Source of the DNA: Lachnospiraceae bacterium | Lineage (GTDB): Bacteria; Bacillota_I; Bacilli_A; RFN20; CAG-826 | Direction: 5' to 3' | DNA: 64,000 nt | Assembly: GCA_963643725.1 (NCBI GenBank) | Contig: CAVILR010000004.1 | Location: 5,438 to 69,437 of the forward strand | Part shown: piece by piece, positions 61,870 through 64,000 of the stretch | How positions within the stretch are numbered: position 1 is the first letter of the stretch | Layout of the letters: each line of letters opens with the position of its first letter | Translations under genes and position numbers: made by a program | The notes under the pieces: generated by a model | The model's input: the letters and a program-made list of their open reading frames with translations, nothing else | What the model was told of the DNA's origin: nothing | Databases searched by the model: none

Positions 61870-63156
61870 TTAGTTTTTCAAACAGCCAATAGGAACTACA
61901 AATATTCCGTCTTCTCTTTTAAATGCATAATCACCGACGCCGATAAGGATCATCTTAAAGCTTGGTGAATTCATCTTACTTGTGTCGATTTTGTTTTCTA
62001 ATGCATTTAAATTTTTAGCCGCTTCTTCAATTAAATCTGTTCCACCTAACTTGATTTCAATTAAACCATACTTGCCATTTTTTAAATGAATAACTGCATC
62101 GCATTCTAAACCGCTTTTATCTCTATAATGATAAACACTTCCTTTGATGCTCTCGGCATATATTCTTAAATCGCGTATACACAATGTTTCAAAGAATAAT
62201 CCCATCGTTTTAATATCGTTAATCAAATCAGTCGGTCCAATACCAAGCGATGCTACGGCAATAGATGGGTCGATAAAATAACGATTATCTGATCTTCTTA
62301 TCGCTGTTTTGCTCCTTAAGTTAGGATTCCATGCAGGCATATCTTCTATGACAAAAATATTTCTTAAGGCATTTATATAAGAAGCAATGGTATATTCGTT
62401 TAGGTTGCTTTCATCATTTACTTTGATATCGTTTTTAATTTGAGCATTGCTAATCGACGTTCCTTGATGCCTTGCAAGAGATTTCATTAATCTAGTAACT
62501 CTATCAATGTTCTTATTAACGCCATCAGCTCTGTTAATATCGGATTTAACGATTGAATCAAAATAATCATCGGCTTGATTTAAAGCAATATTGCCTTTCA
62601 TATCGATGGCTCGAGGCCAACCACCTCTACAAATTAGAAAGGCTATATCATCTAAATGTAATTTGTTTATTCCTGATATTGAAACTGGATTAGAAAATAA
62701 ATTAAACAAGCTAACTTCTCCAGATGATTCACTAGATTCATATAATGACATGGTGCGCATTTTCAACCATGTGAATCTCCCGGTCCCGCTATGAGAGATT
62801 GATAGAGAATCAACCGGGACTGATGAGCCAGTTAAAATAAATTGACCTTCTTTACTTCGAGAGTCAATCTCATATCTAATAGCGTCCCATAGATTTGGCG
62901 TAATTTGCCATTCATCAATAAGTCTAGGAGTATTGCCGTTTAATAGTTTTTGCGGATCAATTTTTGACAAAAGAATGTTTGTCTCTTTTTTACTCGGCTC
63001 GTCAACCCTCAATACACTTTTTGCAACTTGTAAAGCAGTTGTCGTTTTGCCACACCACTTAGGGCCCTCGATAACGACTGCCCCTTTAGACAATAATTTC
63101 TCTATTAAAATCTCGTCAACAATTCGCTTTTTATATCTTTTATCATCATTGTTCAT
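61870..63156 (-). CDS. AAA_14/DUF4143-type ATPase
   Basis: RIVDEIL...GAVVIEGPKWCGKTTTA Walker A, LIDEWQ Walker B, and a C-terminal PD-(D/E)xK-like GLECDAVI...GLIEIK. Start set to MNNDDKRY (63156); the longer track ORF begins inside the repeat array. Confidence 0.8.
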   Translation of the reverse strand: MNNDDKRYKKRIVDEILIEKLLSKGAVVIEGPKWCGKTTTALQVAKSVLRVDEPSKKETNILLSKIDPQKLLNGNTPRLIDEWQITPNLWDAIRYEIDSRSKEGQFILTGSSVPVDSLSISHSGTGRFTWLKMRTMSLYESSESSGEVSLFNLFSNPVSISGINKLHLDDIAFLICRGGWPRAIDMKGNIALNQADDYFDSIVKSDINRADGVNKNIDRVTRLMKSLARHQGTSISNAQIKNDIKVNDESNLNEYTIASYINALRNIFVIEDMPAWNPNLRSKTAIRRSDNRYFIDPSIAVASLGIGPTDLINDIKTMGLFFETLCIRDLRIYAESIKGSVYHYRDKSGLECDAVIHLKNGKYGLIEIKLGGTDLIEEAAKNLNALENKIDTSKMNSPSFKMILIGVGDYAFKREDGIFVVPIGCLKN

Positions 63157-63177
63157 GATTATAATTATATTAATTCC

Positions 63178-63269
63178 TAGCCATTTGGCAAGAAATTGAT
63201 TAGCCATTTGGCGACATTTTGACTAGCCATTTGGCGAGATTTTGATTAGCCATTTGGCATAATGTCAAC
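63178..63269. repeat. 23-bp tandem repeat x4 (13-bp conserved core TAGCCATTTGGCR plus 10-bp variable part)
   Basis: Core copies start at 63178, 63201, 63224 and 63247, an exact 23-bp phase. The array fills the gap between the HTH gene stop (63269) and the ATPase start (63156). Confidence 0.9.
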
Positions 63270-63985
63270 TAGTGCATAGTCTTCTTTAATCTATAATATT
63301 TAGCCACGCTGATGGAAAGTTCACTCGCTGCTTCTTTATAAGTTAGTTCATTCTTATCAACGCGCGATAAAACATCTAAAAACTTCATTTTATCCACCTT
63401 TATTGGTTTTCTTCCTTTATATCTATTAGATGCTTTAGCCTTTACAATTCCTTCTTTTTGCTTTGCTTTCATTTGCTTATAGGCTCTTCCATATAATTCG
63501 ATAAGAATGTCGTGGAAGGCTTTTCGATTGCTATCATCTATTCTTTGATTATTAAAAACAACATCATCTCCATAGCTGATATTGACTAATATTGTCTTAA
63601 TTAACGCATTATTTGTCTTATTCCCATCATCGTTTAAAACAATTGTTTTTTTATCTTCATAGAGCTTAACAAACAACTTATCCCCTGAATATTGCTTTTT
63701 AGTTCGAATCAAATATTCAATAGGATCCATATAGTCCATATCGACTTCTTTAAGTAGTTCTAAATAATCTTCTCTTTTAACTGAAGGCACTCTTTCAGAG
63801 ATGAATGTCGGAATCATATTCTCTCTAACATATTCGCTCTTCCTTAAATCAAGATTTAATCCAGGTATGCCTTGGAAATATTTCGAATCAACTAATTCAA
63901 TTGTTGAATAAATAGGCTTAAAAACAAATTTAAATGTATCATCGCTATTGAGATAATAAAAAATATCGCATATTCGATAAATCAA
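63269..63985 (-). CDS. protein with a resolvase-type C-terminal HTH (HTH_7-like) but no serine-recombinase catalytic domain
   Basis: The C-terminus NRYKGRKPIKVDKMKFLDVLSRVDKNELTYKEAASELSISVAKYYRLKK looks like the GRP-linker plus HTH of resolvases. The N-terminal 170 aa are unrecognised. TTG start with GAAGGAG 8 nt upstream. Confidence 0.6.
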   Translation of the reverse strand: MIYRICDIFYYLNSDDTFKFVFKPIYSTIELVDSKYFQGIPGLNLDLRKSEYVRENMIPTFISERVPSVKREDYLELLKEVDMDYMDPIEYLIRTKKQYSGDKLFVKLYEDKKTIVLNDDGNKTNNALIKTILVNISYGDDVVFNNQRIDDSNRKAFHDILIELYGRAYKQMKAKQKEGIVKAKASNRYKGRKPIKVDKMKFLDVLSRVDKNELTYKEAASELSISVAKYYRLKKTMH

Positions 63986-64000
63986 ATTATATGCTCCTTC

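Noticed and set aside
58021-63269. CRISPR-like appearance of the core-plus-variable repeat arrays (33, 29 and 23 bp periods)
   Set aside because: The variable parts are only 10-13 bp and there are only 3-4 units. There are no cas genes or leader, and the arrays overlap promoters or start codons. This is not CRISPR.

Overview
Chromosomal segment from a low-GC (about 30% by eye), very compact Bacillota/Mollicutes-like genome. It uses the standard code: TGA acts as a stop at 37849-37851 and 17798-17800, and Trp is TGG. Several convergent gene pairs overlap by 4-14 bp with no terminator between them. The housekeeping backbone is confidently recognisable: glyA, glnA, pcrA-ligA-gatCAB, asnS, tsaD-rimI-tsaB-tsaE, ung, galE, galK-galM, folD, a phosphoglucomutase and a YebC-family regulator. 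Accessory cell-surface glycan modules are interleaved with this backbone. (i) 1-12.2 kb holds a GT2, a 913-aa polytopic-domain/Wzx flippase fusion, LicD, an O-antigen-ligase-like protein, a fused LicC-like nucleotidyltransferase/CobD-HisC-like PLP enzyme, a Wzz-like protein and an ATP-grasp enzyme. (ii) 16.7-20.3 kb holds a partial heptose module: GmhA, an HddA-like kinase, a polyprenyl-phosphate GT2 and an unknown membrane protein. (iii) 47-52.6 kb holds two GT4 genes and a second Wzx, split by a COG2865 Schlafen/AlbA_2-wHTH gene. One RNA element is clear: a TPP riboswitch with an SD-sequestering platform in front of an N-terminally extended ThiT. The most unusual sequence-level signal is a set of four unrelated short tandem-repeat arrays with periods of 12, 33, 29 and 23 bp. 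Each sits at or next to an orphan NTPase/wHTH gene (two COG2865 paralogs, two AAA+ ATPases). One array continues in-frame into a (GENV)5 linker. Another lies between a catalytic-domain-less resolvase-HTH protein and an ATPase. Other points of note are a lone serine recombinase, a degenerate ThyX-like protein translationally coupled to folD, and a Big_2/VanZ fusion. No rRNA, tRNA, CRISPR array, transposase or prophage structural genes were seen. Hand-located non-CDS coordinates may be off by 1-2 nt.
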